Assembly: GCA_951406725.2 (NCBI GenBank)
Contig: OX597814.1
Coordinates: forward strand, 46,996,001 to 47,060,000
Source of the DNA: Octopus vulgaris
Lineage: Eukaryota
Reading direction: 5' to 3'
Length of the DNA stretch: 64,000 bases
The position numbers and the translations under genes were made by a program. The stretch's first letter is position 1. Each line of letters begins with the position of its first letter. This document shows positions 24,861 to 38,790 of this stretch, in pieces. The notes beneath the pieces are model-generated. The model did no database searches. It was given only the letters and a program-made list of their open reading frames with translations, and had not been told where the DNA came from.

Positions 24861-25604
24861 ACATTAATAAATTAATGGTTATATGTTTTGTAGTAAATAA
24901 ATGTATATAAATAGACTCGAGGAAACCAGTGGTGGTCTGTGTCGGAGAAACTATTCAATTGAGTTCGCATATCTTAAGAAAACATGTGTTGACATTAGGT
25001 TAACGACCAGAATGACAATGTGAAGTTGGGTGTAACAATACTAATGTGTTAAACAGAAACTGATAGCCATGGTAGAGAGGGGTGGCGTAGAGAGGAAGAA
25101 TAAGGTGGCGGATATAGAGTTGTTTGTGAGTATATAAACAAACATGTATATAAACAAACATACATACACAACACAGTGGGAAATATCTTGTATGTTGTTG
25201 ATGTTGTTTAGCCCCAGATTAGTCTTGATAAACAGACCTATGATCAAAGGTAATTCTGGTCGTGACCTTTCTGTCATTTTTGCATATCAAGGACCACTTC
25301 ATTGTTCAACACTTCCGTGTCTCTCTTTTAAGGTAATAGGGTTATGATCCAAAAGAGACTTGGCTACCATCAGCAATGGGTCGGGCTACCACGTAGATAC
25401 ACTCTTGTTGTTGTTTAGCCTTAATTTAGCTCTGATTAAAAGCATTCCAAGCACGACCACCTAGTGTTTCTAGTATATCAGGAACTATTACATTACTGTG
25501 TGTTTCTTGTTGGCTCGTTTCTTTACAGATTTTCTAAATATTCACGCTGAGAGTTGCTGAAGCATGGAACAAACTGCCGGCATCAGTTGTTAGTTGTCGG
25601 AGCA

Positions 25605-25810
25605 CTGCATCCTTCAAAACTTCCATGCTTTCTGAGATTCGCCAACACTACACCTGATTTTCTCCCCTCCATACACACACAAGCATGTATCTGACTCATA
25701 CATTGTTCGCTATCCAGACATTTCTACATTACTGCATGTACTTTATATGCACTTTCTGACAAGTTGTGGTGCACCTGAGCACTGTATACAATAATTTCAT
25801 TATTATTATA
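25605..25810 (+). mobile_element. Probable LINE 3' end with (ATT)n tail
   Basis: Ends AATAATTTCATTATTATTAT. Composition resembles a CR1/L2-type 3'UTR, but there is no coding evidence. Confidence 0.4.
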
Positions 25811-27953
25811 ATAGATTAAAGGCGATGCATAGATGCAGAAGTGGGATCAGAACCCGTTAGGGAAATCAATACACTAGGGTGCCTACATACACAATGACAG
25901 CATACATAGATGGGTCCTCTAGATTAGTGGTTCTTCCCCGGGTAACTGCTCTATATGTCATGCTCCAAGACAACACTCGGTGAGATGTGTATGAGTATAT
26001 ATTTTCTAAAAGTTCAAATAGCGCTGCATTTGAAGAAAATGTGAGGGAGGGATATGCAAAGCTGGAGAGGCAACCGATTGGAAACGTTATTTGCTAATCG
26101 GATATCAATGGGGTAAGGATAAGACTGGTACACTAGGATTATAGTAGGTAGGAAGAGTAAAACATTCCTGTTGTGCAACCCCAGATCAACATTGAATAGA
26201 TCAATGCATTCTAATCATTACTTTTCGTACCTTTTTGTGGATCTAAAATTTCATGATATAATGTATGATTCCATTTTTAAGACAGTGGTATAAGGCGTAA
26301 TGCGAAGGAGATTTGACTGCTATTTCTAGCAGGTCGAGCGACTCTGCATATGATAACTCCTTGACCTTAAAGGCAAAATGTAGATTTAAAGGGTGGGGAT
26401 TTTGTCAATATGCGCATACGCATATCAATCCGAACTCTTACGAAAGTGAAAAAACGAGAGGGGCGTACACGGGTGGGTTTTACAACAGGGAACACGTCCA
26501 TTTAAGTCTGAAGAAGCCATGCCAAGCGTAAGGATAAGTTATGATAGGACCCTGAGAGTCCTGAAGTTTGCCGTCCTATTCAAGAAAAACACAACATAAT
26601 ATAAGTATATAAAAAAGCTGCCCAAGATGCACCACAGTCACGACTCAATTATGCAAGAGCCTAGGCTGACGAATATTGAGGAAATCTATGATCAAAGAGT
26701 CCAGTCATGACCATCATACTTGGATCAAAGACACTATTCAGTATAAATTTCTTTAGGTGTCAACTTTTTAGAGATAGTAGTATATGAATTAAGGGAATTT
26801 TAGCTGTTATTTCTAACGTCAAAGTGGCTACGTGGAATTTCTCATACAGAAACATTTATAAGGTTATTTATAATTAAATCTCGGAACAGTTGTGCTCTTC
26901 ATGTAATAATTTCCAAATTTTGGCAGTAATATGACTACTGGTACAGTAATGAACGGTGATTATATGCAATCTTTATAAAACGTATGCATTAACAATTGCT
27001 CTGCAATACGGCTTCTGGTCACATAAAACATATGCTAATAAAATATAATAGCATATACTACAAAAAAAAAAGTAGTAACGGTGCATATGTGCTTTTTGCC
27101 AAAAAAAAAAAAAATGACACATGAGAAGCAACTCAAATGGTCTAATGATATAAATTTAAATAATTCAGATTGACGGCGGGGTATTAATGATACCCGAAAA
27201 ATATTTTGAACGGATTGAAATTTACTCTTTAGTTGGAGAAAGAAAACAAAGACGTAGAGGAATTTATCAGAGATATTTGATTCAAAAGGCGAGATAATTT
27301 CAAGGAATTAAGAAGGGAAAATTTGGTCTTTGCTGGTAGGGACGATGACAGCTATGAACATATTTCATGGTTATTAGGTCTCATCAACGAAACATATTTT
27401 TTTCAAAATTGTCAGACAAGTAGATTTAGATTTTTACATGTTGGAAAACTGTACGAGCATTTTCAGGCAGTTGTAATTTGAATAATTGCAAAAACTGTCA
27501 GATAAATAATTCAAGTAGGCCAATGACATGGATTTAGAACATTCAGAGAGGTGATTGTGTCTGACTGTTTCCTCGCCAGACGTGCTACCTGTTGGAATTC
27601 CCTCCCCGAACGTACTTCTCCAGTGTAGTCATCGATGTGGAACCACAAAAAAGGCTTATCTATTGTCACTGCATTGCCAATTTATTCGGATGACCTGAAA
27701 TAACAAACGTGAAAGGAAGCTTATTAAAATATTCTCACTTAGAAGCGTCGGTTTATTTATCCTAAATTGAACTTAAATATCAGAGGAACCAGACGGTGAG
27801 CTACGTTTGCGAAATTAAAGTCATGTAGGGATAGGGCAATCTGTTAACAAACGCTTTTAACTTTATCATAAGTTGAGAGAGAGGGGAGAGGGGAGTGAGA
27901 GAGAGAGAAACAGGCAGACAGACAAACAGACAGACAGATATATATATATATTT

Positions 27954-28015
<62 letters not shown>

Positions 28016-28244
28016 GTGTAGTGCAAAGGTGACGAAAGTGCAACACAAAGACGAAATATAAAAAAGGATAAATCGAGATGGTATTAGTTTGACGCTCAGG
28101 AAGTTGAAAAAAAATGTTTTTGACGTTTCGAGGATACACACTTCTAAAAGATAATATTGAGATGGAGAGAAAAGAACAGAGAACGAACAGAATAAAAACA
28201 CACGTGTCATGTATTGCATGCGTGTATGTATGTATGCATACAGG

Positions 28245-28276
<32 letters not shown>

Positions 28277-28278
28277 CA

Positions 28279-28655
28279 CGTCACCAACAGTAAACAACAT
28301 GAAATACGAAAACAAATGAGTTCAATACGCAAACAACGAGAGAAACAAATGGGAAACAGGACACCCTCCATGTTTGTTTTCGTTTGGTCTCCTTGTATGT
28401 CTCCATTGTCCTGTTTTTGTTCCCAATTTTGACCCTCTATAAATCCCAAATTTTATTTTATTTTACTTATGGGAGCAACTGTCTTCGAAGACTCATATTG
28501 TCGTTCAATGCTCGAAATGAGGAATAGATAGACAGCCGACAACAGATGAAGGGTCCTTCTTTATGTTACTTGTCCTGTTTTCCATTTGTTTCTCTCATTG
28601 TTTGCGTATTGAACTCATTTGTTTTCGTATTTCATGTTGTTTACTGTTGGTGACG
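28279..28655. repeat. About 85-bp inverted repeat (28279-28363 and 28571-28655) between TA microsatellites
   Basis: CGTCACCAACAGTAAACAACATGAAATACGAAAACAAATGAGTTCAATACGCAAACAA and its reverse complement. Confidence 0.9.
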
Positions 28656-28878
28656 CCCTGTACCTATATATACATATGTATGTGTATATATATTATTTAT
28701 ATTACTATTTGATTGAACGCCACGCATCCATTTCCAAGTAAGCTTATCTTAATCTTTTTCATGAGACTCTACTCTATACTATTTTCTCCTCCATCGTTTT
28801 CTCTCTCATCCTTTCTCTAATTCTCTTTTTTTCTCCCCTTCGCCGTTTTCTATCTGTCTCTTTCTCTCTCCCCCTCTT

Positions 28879-28923
<45 letters not shown>

Positions 28924-29025
28924 AATAAATAAATAAAATATATGCATATATACATACATATATGTACATACTTACATCTAGATGTATATATACATGCATA
29001 TATATATATTTCTCTTCTCCAAGTA

Positions 29026-29069
<44 letters not shown>

Positions 29070-29212
29070 AATTATTAGAGAGTTACCACTATGTGGATAG
29101 CTCTTGTGCTAAAAATAGCTCCGATAGTATAGCCACAGAAATGATGTTTCCAACTAGAAATAACATTACATTTAACGGAAGGAAAGTGAAACATAACGAA
29201 TAAATAGATTGA

Positions 29213-29273
29213 CCCTGAACAATTGTTTCATTACTAATGTAATTTTACTTACATCTATAAATCATCAGCAGAG
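29213..29273 (-). ncRNA. Type I hammerhead ribozyme-like motif
   Basis: Reverse complement CTCTG-CTGATGA-TTTATAGATGTAAGTAAAATTACATTAGTAAT-GAAAC-AATT-GTT-CAGGG. Stem I CTCTG/CAGGG, palindromic stem III ACAATTGT, stem II ATGTAA/TTACAT. The closing pair of stem II is U-U. Confidence 0.65.
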
Positions 29274-29922
29274 GTTTGTCTTAAATACAATTTATTAGAC
29301 CAACACGAGCGTCAAAGTACACGTGCGGTTTAACCAATTGCATTTTTAGTATTGCCTCAAAATTCCCCGCGAAAAGCATGCTAAGACTCGTTGGAAACGT
29401 ATGCTGCATCAAATAAAATATTTACTGCCGCATAATTAAATTTATAAATTTATAAATGAGGGTGAAAAATCGATATTAATTTAATAATACCATTAATTTA
29501 ACACGGAGTGGCTTAGCACAAAAAACTATGGAGAATTGGTTAAACCGCACGTGTAAATAATTACCGGGGTACTTGTTTCTTGTGAGTAAATGTCTAAGTC
29601 ACAATCTGGATAGGTTAGGGCTTTTCGGAAAAGAAATCAACCTGCTAATTCGCACATTACAAATACAATCAGTAAGTGAAACCGTAAAAGTTTGCCATAC
29701 TTTTCTCAAGTTTAAAATGTGAATTTTCTTTTGTTATCGACATCCTAACAATAGAGCTTTGCATCTTTGTTAGAAATTAATTTCTTTTCTCAGAAAAAAG
29801 GCTTCAAATAAAAACAGAAGAGAATTTACATACATACACACATACATTCATACATAACACACACAAACGCGCGCGCGTGCACACACGCCCACACGCACAC
29901 ACACACACTCTCTCTCTCTCTT

Positions 29923-29981
<59 letters not shown>

Positions 29982-30398
29982 TAGAAATAGACACACAGGA
30001 AGGAAGGAAACGTAGAGGGATTGTATTTAGACACATTAGAGGATACTTGTCTAATGCGTTCAAATACTTGATTTTATTGTATAAAATGAGGTCATATATT
30101 TCAGATAAAAATACCTAATAATATTTAAAACTCACCAATGTCCAGTTTGTTATTGCTGTAATTGTTGTTTTATCCCAGATTAATCCTGTTTGAGTTGACC
30201 TATGGCCAAACGCATTTCCATTCGTGACTATCACCTGATATTTTCTTTTCAACGTTAGCATATTTGTATACTATTATATACTTTCTTTTCTCTTTGAAGA
30301 TTGTAAAGGCAATTTAGCAGTTATTTCCAACAGGCCAAGCAACCGTTTATAGGTTCTATTTTTGAGTCATCTAACATCCAAGAAGAAGTCTACCTGTA

Positions 30399-30616
30399 CG
30401 ACGGGTTGCTGAAAAGTTCTTGGCTTTCGTTAAAAGAAAATTCAGGAGGATCAGTTAATTATGATTTTATTCAACATATTCCCTTCTCAGATTCACACAC
30501 TTATTGCAGCGGTTCTCCAGTTTTTCTAAGCCCTGTAAAAAGAACTTGGAAGGTTGGTCCACCAACCAGGCCTTTCGCGATACTCTTAAAACCGGGAACT
30601 TTTCAGCACTCCCTCG
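30399..30616. mobile_element. Mariner-type MITE
   Basis: TA|CGACGGGTTGCTGAAAAGTTC...GAACTTTTCAGCACTCCCTCG. Confidence 0.75.
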
Positions 30617-30789
30617 TTTATGACGGCGACTTCATACTCAAAATACGAAATACCAAACTGAACAAGACAGAGCATCATTCTAACAATAGATATGAAAACT
30701 ACTGAAGCACCTTCAAAACTTCGAATTATGTTGAACTGTTTACATACGATACAAAGTAACATGTAAATAATGCATTATTGTTATTATTA

Positions 30790-31255
30790 TTGAGGGAGAG
30801 AGCAGCACACGCCATCAAAGTGACGCTGGTATAAAAATATACAAGGCCAAATATACCCATCATGACTATCCGGTTGATAAGAGTACACCAGACGCATGCA
30901 TCACCAAATATGTGCGACATGGTGACCTCATATTAATATAAACAGCGCATGAGCTTATAGGTGGGACCCAGGAAGAATTACCTTCAGTTCGAGGAGCCCA
31001 TTCCATTCAAAAGGTCCCTGAATAAGGATTGTTTACAGATGGGGAGCAAAACACCCTTGTTTCCAGAGTTGAATTATTCGAACCCCCAAAAGAATTCCTC
31101 TCAACACATGTTCCCCCACTACCCCTGGGAGTACATATCGCCAGCCACTAAGTGACATGATCAACTGGTTAAGGTCAAACAACTGACATGCAAATCTGTG
31201 GTATCGAGTAAAATATTTGCTTTAGCCCATCTTTTACACCAAGTCTAAAAACATG
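30790..31255 (-). mobile_element. Copy of the (AAT)n-tailed 550-bp retroposon
   Basis: Reverse-complement homology to 24000-24505, next to (TTA)n. Confidence 0.75.
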
Positions 31256-31311
31256 CAATTAGTTAAGATGAGAAACCATGAGATCTACCGCATGGTACTG
31301 CATCAAGGAAT

Positions 31312-32110
31312 TTTATTATTATTTTCTCTTTATCACAAGTTTTGTTGGAGTTTCTGGAGTCTTGCACGCGTAGCGCGCTTACTACCTGCAGCATACGGTA
31401 CCATGCTATTCGTTCTTTTCAACTATCTGATACTTTCCTGATTATTCTGGCCGTGCCAAGGAAGCAAAACTTTTGCAACAGTTCTACTGGGCACTCTATT
31501 CTAATTTCCTTTATATTCCTCTTGATGCCTTCTGATACTGTTCCCAAGAACCCAACAATAATTGATACTGTCTTCACCTTCTTCATTTTCCATATCCGGG
31601 CTATTTCGTACTTAAGAGGGTTGTATCCATCTATCTTTTCGCCTTCCTTCTTGACTATACGTGAGTCTAAGGGACATGCAACATCAGCTATATAGCATAT
31701 GTGGTGCACCTTGTCCATCGCCGGTAGGTTCGGTCTGTTATGCTCTAGCACCTGATCTGTTTGGATTGGGAAATCCCAGAGAATTTTGCTAGTCTCCTAC
31801 TCCTCCACTCTCTAACCACCACTTTTCGCAGTTTCCAATGTAGCACTTTCCCTACCTGGTCGTGTCGCCGCAACTTGTAGTGGTTTGGGGCAAGTCTAGG
31901 GCATTGGTTCGTGATATGGGCGATGGTTTCATCCACTCTATTGCAGATGTGGCACAGCGGAGACACTTTCTCATTCCTACGGTTGACCCTCCAGTTAGTG
32001 GCCAAAGCTTGGCCTTGCGCTACCAGTATAGTGCTCTCGGTTTCTTTTTTTTAGGGTCCCTTTCATCAGCCAATCCCACCTATTTTTTCCAGCAACTTCT
32101 GTTGTGACTA
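31312..32110 (-). mobile_element. 5'-truncated R4/Dong-like RLE-type LINE (zinc knuckle plus restriction-like endonuclease)
   Basis: CHICNRVDETIAHITNQC (CCHC) and NRP..IADVACPLD..KEGEKIDGY..LQKFCFLGTARIIRKV, with a (TAA)n-like tail at about 31312-31322. Confidence 0.85.
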
Positions 32111-32132
32111 CATGGAATTTTTATTATTATTA

Positions 32133-32191
<59 letters not shown>

Positions 32192-34260
32192 GCTTTTGCA
32201 CAGCTTCTAACGCAGGAGATGTACTACCGTGTCAGCTGTTCACTACCAGTGAACTAAGATAACACCACTTATTTTTCAAGCACCTTCCGGAGTATTCGAG
32301 CGGTTCCAAGCAGTGCTGCTTTCTGCAAGTACTCCACCCTTAATGCAGCCCCTATTCCATGTACTTATCAAGATTTTTACTCATATAATTTCAAATCATC
32401 CATGTACAGCAAGTGTGAGATGATCTTGTCAAACATTTTGCAACTGTAATTAGTCCTGTTCAAATCGTGGAACAAGGGAATGAGGGAAAGACAGAAGAGA
32501 AGAGGAGAGAGTGAATCGTCTTGGAATATTTCACGATCTATTTCGATCTTCTTTGGTATATTCAAGCCTGCGTTGAAGAAAGCCTTTACGAAAGGAAAGA
32601 TCTTGTATATATTTAGTGCCTTTAAGATTCAGCTATGTGGAACACTATCAAACTCCTTACGATAGTCAATCAATGCTGTGCTAAGATTTTTTTTTTTTTT
32701 TTACGAGCAATTTTCAAATATCATGCGGTTTATTAATAGCCGGTCGTCGCAGCCGTATGAGTTTCTTTTCACCTTTTTGGTTCAAGAAGAAGGATGTTGT
32801 TTTGATCAAGAAATTGGCACACCCTTTCGGCGAGGCTGGAAATAAGTATTTTGTACATAGTTGTCAAACAAGCCCATAGTTTGGGGGATTGCGTCGCTCC
32901 TTTTAGGGAGTAGGTATGTTATCACTAATGTGTGCTAGTTTGAAGCCCTTTCGAGGTTTCTGATAATATTAGAGGAACATTTCACTAACTGGCGGTGTGA
33001 TGACGAGAGGCTATTAAGCCAGTTTGAGATTTTACCATGTCGATTTCCATATTTAAGCGTTCTACCCACCTTGGCTGTCCGTGCGCTTTTTTGTGAGCCT
33101 TTTTGCTTTTGTTTTGAGCCTGTTTTCTTTGTGGCAGCAATAAATGTTGAGTATATAAAATGGTTTAACGAAGTTAAATATCGCAGTTTCAAAAAGAAGC
33201 TGCTTCAGGGCAGAGGGATATTTTGATCGTACGTCGATTTGACTTGGTGTTCTGAAACTTTGGTGATCGCTCTCCCTCTCTCATTAATTTCTTGATATTT
33301 AGAAATACCTAGCTCTCTCAGGATATCGCTTTTTGCCTCAAGTATCTTCTCTCCATTGGCTTCAGCGAATGCATCAGTCATTGCAGCTTCAAATTCATTC
33401 TTACTTTCTTTTACCTCAGTTTCAGCTCGGCCAACTACTACTTTAGGTTTTAAGTTGCCTACGTCAATATCATGTTCGAGGGTGTTTCGATCAATAGGTT
33501 GAATGTTTTCCTGTTCATTATTCCCGGTGCCTAAGGCGGCGAGCTAGCAGAAACGTTAGCACGCCGGGCGAAATGCATAGCAGTATTTCGTATGTCTTAA
33601 TGTTCAGAGTTCAAATTCCGCCGAGGTCGACTTTGCCTTTCATCCTTTCAGGGTTGATAAATTAAGTACCAGTTGCGTACTGGGGTCGATCTAATCGACT
33701 GCCCCCCACCAAAACAATTTCGGGCCTTGTACCTAGTGTAGAAAAGATTATTCCCAGTGCATGCTCTGTGGGGCTTTAACCTGATTTTCTGGGATGATGT
33801 TAACATTATTCGCATTTGTCTCAAATTCTGAAGGTGTCAGATGGTTATTACGTAAGATGTCTCTGCGTACGTTGGCAAATTTGTTTGCATCAATATAATC
33901 ACAGGTGTCATCTCCTATCATTTCTCTCCAGATATTGAAACGCAACTCACTTTTATTATGTCCTGCTTGGTTAAGTGCTGTCATGAGTTTTTCATACTTC
34001 TCTCCCGCCCATCTATTTTTGTGGTCGTTTTGATGTTTGTTTTATTTGGTGTTTGTCTTAAGGTGTCATGGTTGATTTCTAAGTTCTGATTTCCCCCAAG
34101 ATCTTTTTCAGAAAAGTTTATTTTAATTGTTGACTTTTCGACATCAGGTTGGTACCTCTCTGAGAGACGTGTCCCTTGATAATCCACGTGACGGACGATG
34201 CGCTATAATTTGTTTCTTGTCTGCATTTTATATGAAGAATCCATTTTAACCTTACTGGCA
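32192..34260 (-). mobile_element. Decayed, internally deleted R4/Dong-like LINE (RT plus 3' end)
   Basis: RT motifs IDYRKEFDSVPH, IFQDDSLSPLLF and SHLLYMDDLKLY. The 3' end VEYLQKAALLGTARILRKV runs into a (TAA)n tract at 32120-32191. Confidence 0.85.
33535..33747 (+). mobile_element. Family A SINE nested in the LINE
   Basis: GGCGGCGAGCTAGCAGAAACG head and GAGTTCAAATTCC B box. TSD-like ATTATTCCCGGTGC and ATTATTCCCAGTGC. Confidence 0.9.
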
Positions 34261-34399
34261 AGGAGTTATTTTCGTCATTACTCAAGACAGATTCACTTCA
34301 ACAAGCCTAGAGGGGTCTGTCTACCTTCATTTGGATGGGTTGTGCTTCTCTAGTCATCAATTCAATATTTACAATCCTGCTGCAGTGGGTTAAGCATTG

Positions 34400-34760
34400 T
34401 GTGTTCATTTTTGTTTTGTTATTGTTTAGGAAGTACAAACTCTTCTCGGTATTATATTGCATGGGGATGTTTTATTATAGGGTTGTGCTTGGGTCTTTTC
34501 TTGTATTATGTTTGTATTGTGTTGCGTGTATAATGCGAGTTGTGTTCTGTTAGGTATCTGACCTGTGAAGTACATGCTGAAGGGTTCTTTTTTAAATTTT
34601 ATACTTATTAGTTCTGGTGTTTTTGTTATGTATTTGTCTGAATATGACAAAAATTGTTTCGGTTTTTAGATTCCCCATTTACCTCTATAGTTACCTCTAT
34701 TTCCAGAACTTTGTATTTTGAAAGTTTCTCCGTTTCTTTTATAGAAACATTGTCTATAGT
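34400..34760 (-). mobile_element. Third R4/Dong-like RLE 3' fragment
   Basis: Minus-strand translation DNVSIKETEKLSKYKVLEIEV..LKTET..YSDKYITKTP. Confidence 0.65.
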
Positions 34761-36492
34761 TGTCAATCTTTCAGTAATGCATTATTTCTCACTAGCAAAC
34801 ATTCCACGGAACTAAATGGTAAACCTATTGGGTTATTTCTGAAATTATAACCTGCGTTGTCTGCATGGAAAGATAGTCGCTCATCTGCTATTCATTGAAA
34901 AGTGTAAGAAATTGGAATAGAATAATTACTTAATGAACTTTATATATACACCTTATATACTTTATGCACAATTTTATAGAATTAATACACAGCACTCATA
35001 AAATAAATATTAACTCTTCTTTTTCCATTTTTCCAATAAACAACAAAAAAAAAAAATCCCGTACAAATGATACAACCTTTAGTTAAATTTCATATGTCTG
35101 CCACGTAAATAAGCGTGAATATTTCACGGAATTGCACTTATGAGCATGCGGTAAGTGATAGGTAATATAAAAAAGTTCAATTTTAAAGAAATACACTTTA
35201 CACTATTCACTCACCACCACCACCACCACCACCACCACTGCCACCACCACCAACTCCAGCTCCACCACTACCACCACTACCATCATCATCATCTTTCTCT
35301 ACCGCCTCTCTCTTTCCTCTCTCCCTCCACTCTCTCTCTCTCTCGCTCACTGCCTTTCTTTAACTTCATAATCAGAACATCACCCCGCTACTAAAATTAT
35401 GTTTTTAACTCTCCTCCTCTACCTTCAACTAACTTTTTGAACCACGTAATAAATACTTGGGCGCTTCTCTCTCCCTCTTTTTTTTCTCCCTCTTTCTGTC
35501 TCCCTCTTCGCCTTATCCTCCTTTTCTTTATCCTTTTCTTTCTCCTCTTTTCCCTTCAACTAATCACCTGAAAGCGTTACAATTACATACCCTATACCTC
35601 ACGTCATGGACACTTCTCTCTCCCTCTCTTTTTCCCCTCCCTCTTTTTCCCCCTCCCTCTTTTTCTCTCTCCCTCTTTTCTTTCTCCCACGTTTTCTCTA
35701 ATAACATGAAAGCATTACCGCCGGGCTAAGTAACGCAATGACAAGTGGAATTATTATAAGATTCAATGGGGGCGGTTTCAATCAAACTCCTGATGAGTGG
35801 TATTCGATTAGGCCGATACATAACCTAGATGCACCAATGGAAATAAATAGCCACTCTTATTGAAGAAGCTGTTTTTAATGAGCTGAAAACTATCCAGTAA
35901 TCTGTTATTGCACCCCAGTGAACATTCCGGCTCTAATGTTGAACATTCCAACTCTAATGTTTTCGAGATCTTTTCTCATAAACATCTCATAGCTATAAAC
36001 TGCAGAGGTCGCAATGTTCCCTCCTTCAGTGTGGTATAAATATTTATGTATCGTCACAGAGACCTAAAACCTGCTTTGTATTAAAACTCGCTCGATCTGT
36101 CTTCTTTCTTTTCTTGCCATTTTAACTGTTTAGTAATTACTGCGACGTAACTAAAACCTCAGTATAATTTTCTTTCTCTTTTCATTGCCCTTCTTCTAAT
36201 TTATTGCTAAAGGGCCGCTTTGATTCTATGGACAGACACGCACATGCGCGCAGAAACTAAAATATAAGATTTTTTAAACGAAATGACACTTCAATGTGTA
36301 ATACAAAGAATGTATTACAGTTTTACGACTTTTAGGCTGACATTGAGAGAGACTAGTTCTGTTATATGAGACAAGGGTGTAGGGAGTCTGTAACCTCTCT
36401 CTTTTGTGTGCCGAAGACGGTGCTGCATTGTTCACGGATAATTTATTGAGACATTTCTACCCAAGCATGTTTCTACGCCCAGAAAAAAATGC

Positions 36493-36540
<48 letters not shown>

Positions 36541-36645
36541 GCGTGTGTGTGTGCGTGTGCATATATATGTGTGTATATATGTGTGTGTGTATGTATGTAT
36601 ATGTATGTCTATATATATATGTATATATATGCGCGTGTATGTATG

Positions 36646-36677
<32 letters not shown>

Positions 36678-37167
36678 CATACGTACACACATTCACTCAT
36701 ATACAGGATATGGATAAAATAATGGAAACTTCTTGTTAAAACGAAAATTTATTATTTAATACGGAGTTGGTCAAACTTGGGCATCATGCACAGTTCGATG
36801 GTCTTTAAACATATGTTTCTCTATTCTGCGGTTTCTCGCTGTGAGCTTTGCCTTTCGTCCAGAATAATGCGTACCAGAGCTGGTATTGCCTTGTTTTTAT
36901 ATGGTTTTAGAAACAGTTCTTCGGAAAAAAGATATGCCATGTAATTGAACTTATTTACATACAAATATCCGTCACTAATATATACTCTCCCGCTTTTGGA
37001 GATTTTAACAGTTAGAATTTTCTTTGTTATTTTTCGTTGATACATTCCAGTCCCACTCTGTTTGCATTCGATTGTCTTGTACCGTCCTCATTGTTTTTAC
37101 ATGAACCTTCAGTGGTTAATAAAGAAAGGACTATTACTATAACAATTATTATTATTGTTGTTGTTGG

Positions 37168-37537
37168 TATTGAGTGAGAGAGCAGTGCATGCCATCAAAG
37201 TGACACTGGGGTAAAATATACGAAGCCCAGTATACCTATCATGACTACCCGTCTGATAAGGTTACATCAGGCGCATACACCACAACCATATGTGCGCGAC
37301 ATGGTGATCTCATATCGAGATAAATAGCGCATAACCTTGCAGGTGGGGCCCAGTTAGAATTTTCTTCTGGTCAAGTAGTCCATCCCGCTCAAAAGGTACC
37401 TGAATGAGGTTTGTTTAAGGATGTTAAACGAACCACCCATGTTTCCAAATGTGAATTATCCAAACCTCCAAGAATTCCTTTCAACACACGGCTATGATGC
37501 TTCCCCACTACTGCTCGTGATCAGAGATGCACATATC
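37168..37537 (-). mobile_element. Copy of the (AAT)n-tailed retroposon
   Basis: GAGTGAGAGAGCAGTGCATGCCATCAAAGTGACACTGGGG matches the reverse complement of 24470-24505. Confidence 0.8.
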
Positions 37538-38309
37538 GCCTTTCCTTTCCCCAGAGTCGATAAAATAAAATACTACCCAAGTGCTGGTGTCGGGAGCTGC
37601 TAAGTCCTTACCCATTCGAATATTCTACATTAGAAGTATATTTATGCGTGTATTTTCTTTGGAATTAAAGCTTTTACCTTTGAGAAATCTAAGCCGGGAT
37701 TCAAGTGACAAAGTTCATTTAAGTTATGACAGCTCTGCGGGGTTGTGAATATCTGAACTGGATGGCGTATGTGCATATGTATGGATAAACTTGTACTTGT
37801 GCAGCAGCTGTGCATGTCACGTTAATGCACGAGTGTAAACCTCATTACAGTGTGTGTGTGTGTATGTATTTGTGTGATTGCGTGCATGCATTCACGTGTG
37901 TGCTTGTCTGTGTTTGTGTTACAGCATGCTTACATTCACCTAGAAACTTTAAATGGAGAATCCAAGGAATATTTTACAATAATTCACTGTGCCTCTAATA
38001 GATTTTTTTGGAGAACACGAATCAATTTTCTTTGTCCTTTTCTTTCTTTCTTTCTTTACAACTGCACCCTTTCGACGCTTTTATGTCATTCTCTTGTTAC
38101 AAAGCCTAGTACACTTATGACAATAGCTAAAACTGAAAATCTGTTGTCTGCGTATAAGAGCGTCTAGATGCATTCATTGTCTTATAATGTTATAGAAAGA
38201 GAGAAGAAAACCTTAGCAATGCAGAAAATAAAACATGCAATTTTATCATTTTAAATATCTTCGTATTTTATTTATTTCCGACTCAAATAAAAATTTTTTA
38301 AAGTTTTTC

Positions 38310-38790
38310 TTTTAAAATCAACTATTCTTGTCCATGACCAGAAGTCGGTTAAGAATTTTCCAATCTGACAGCAGTCGTAGCATTCTCTGGCATTCGTTGC
38401 AAACATTCGTCAGATTACTGTATTCAGTTCTTCTGACCTGTAAGATGCTAATTGAATAAAATAAAACGTTAACAAATTACTGCGAAACATCCGGCTTCAT
38501 GTGAAATGTGGGTCTGGAGTATATATGAGGGTCTAGAACGTATAAATGCGTCATGTACTTCAGTTACATTTTTTCGCATGAAGCCGGATGTTTTGAAGTA
38601 ATTTACGTTTTTGTTTTATTCAGCTGTTAACATTCTACGAAAAATAAAAAGAAAAAAAATGAACATATAGAACTGAAAATGGTCATTTGGTGAGTGGGAG
38701 CAATAAATCCCGAGAATACCAACACTGTTATTTGATGAGGAAAATTATCAGTCACTCTCCGGGTCAAGATAAGAACAGTTGATTTTGAAA
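38310..38790. mobile_element. Old foldback/MITE-like inverted repeat
   Basis: AAATTACTGCGAAACATCCGGCTTCATG versus CATGAAGCCGGATGTTTTGAAGTAATTT, plus outer AAAATCAACTATTCTT and AAGAACAGTTGATTTT. Confidence 0.6.

Noticed and set aside
35790-35830. CTGATGAG...CGATAC hammerhead candidate
   Set aside because: The GAAA core is mutated and stems I and II are not convincing. At most a dead relic.
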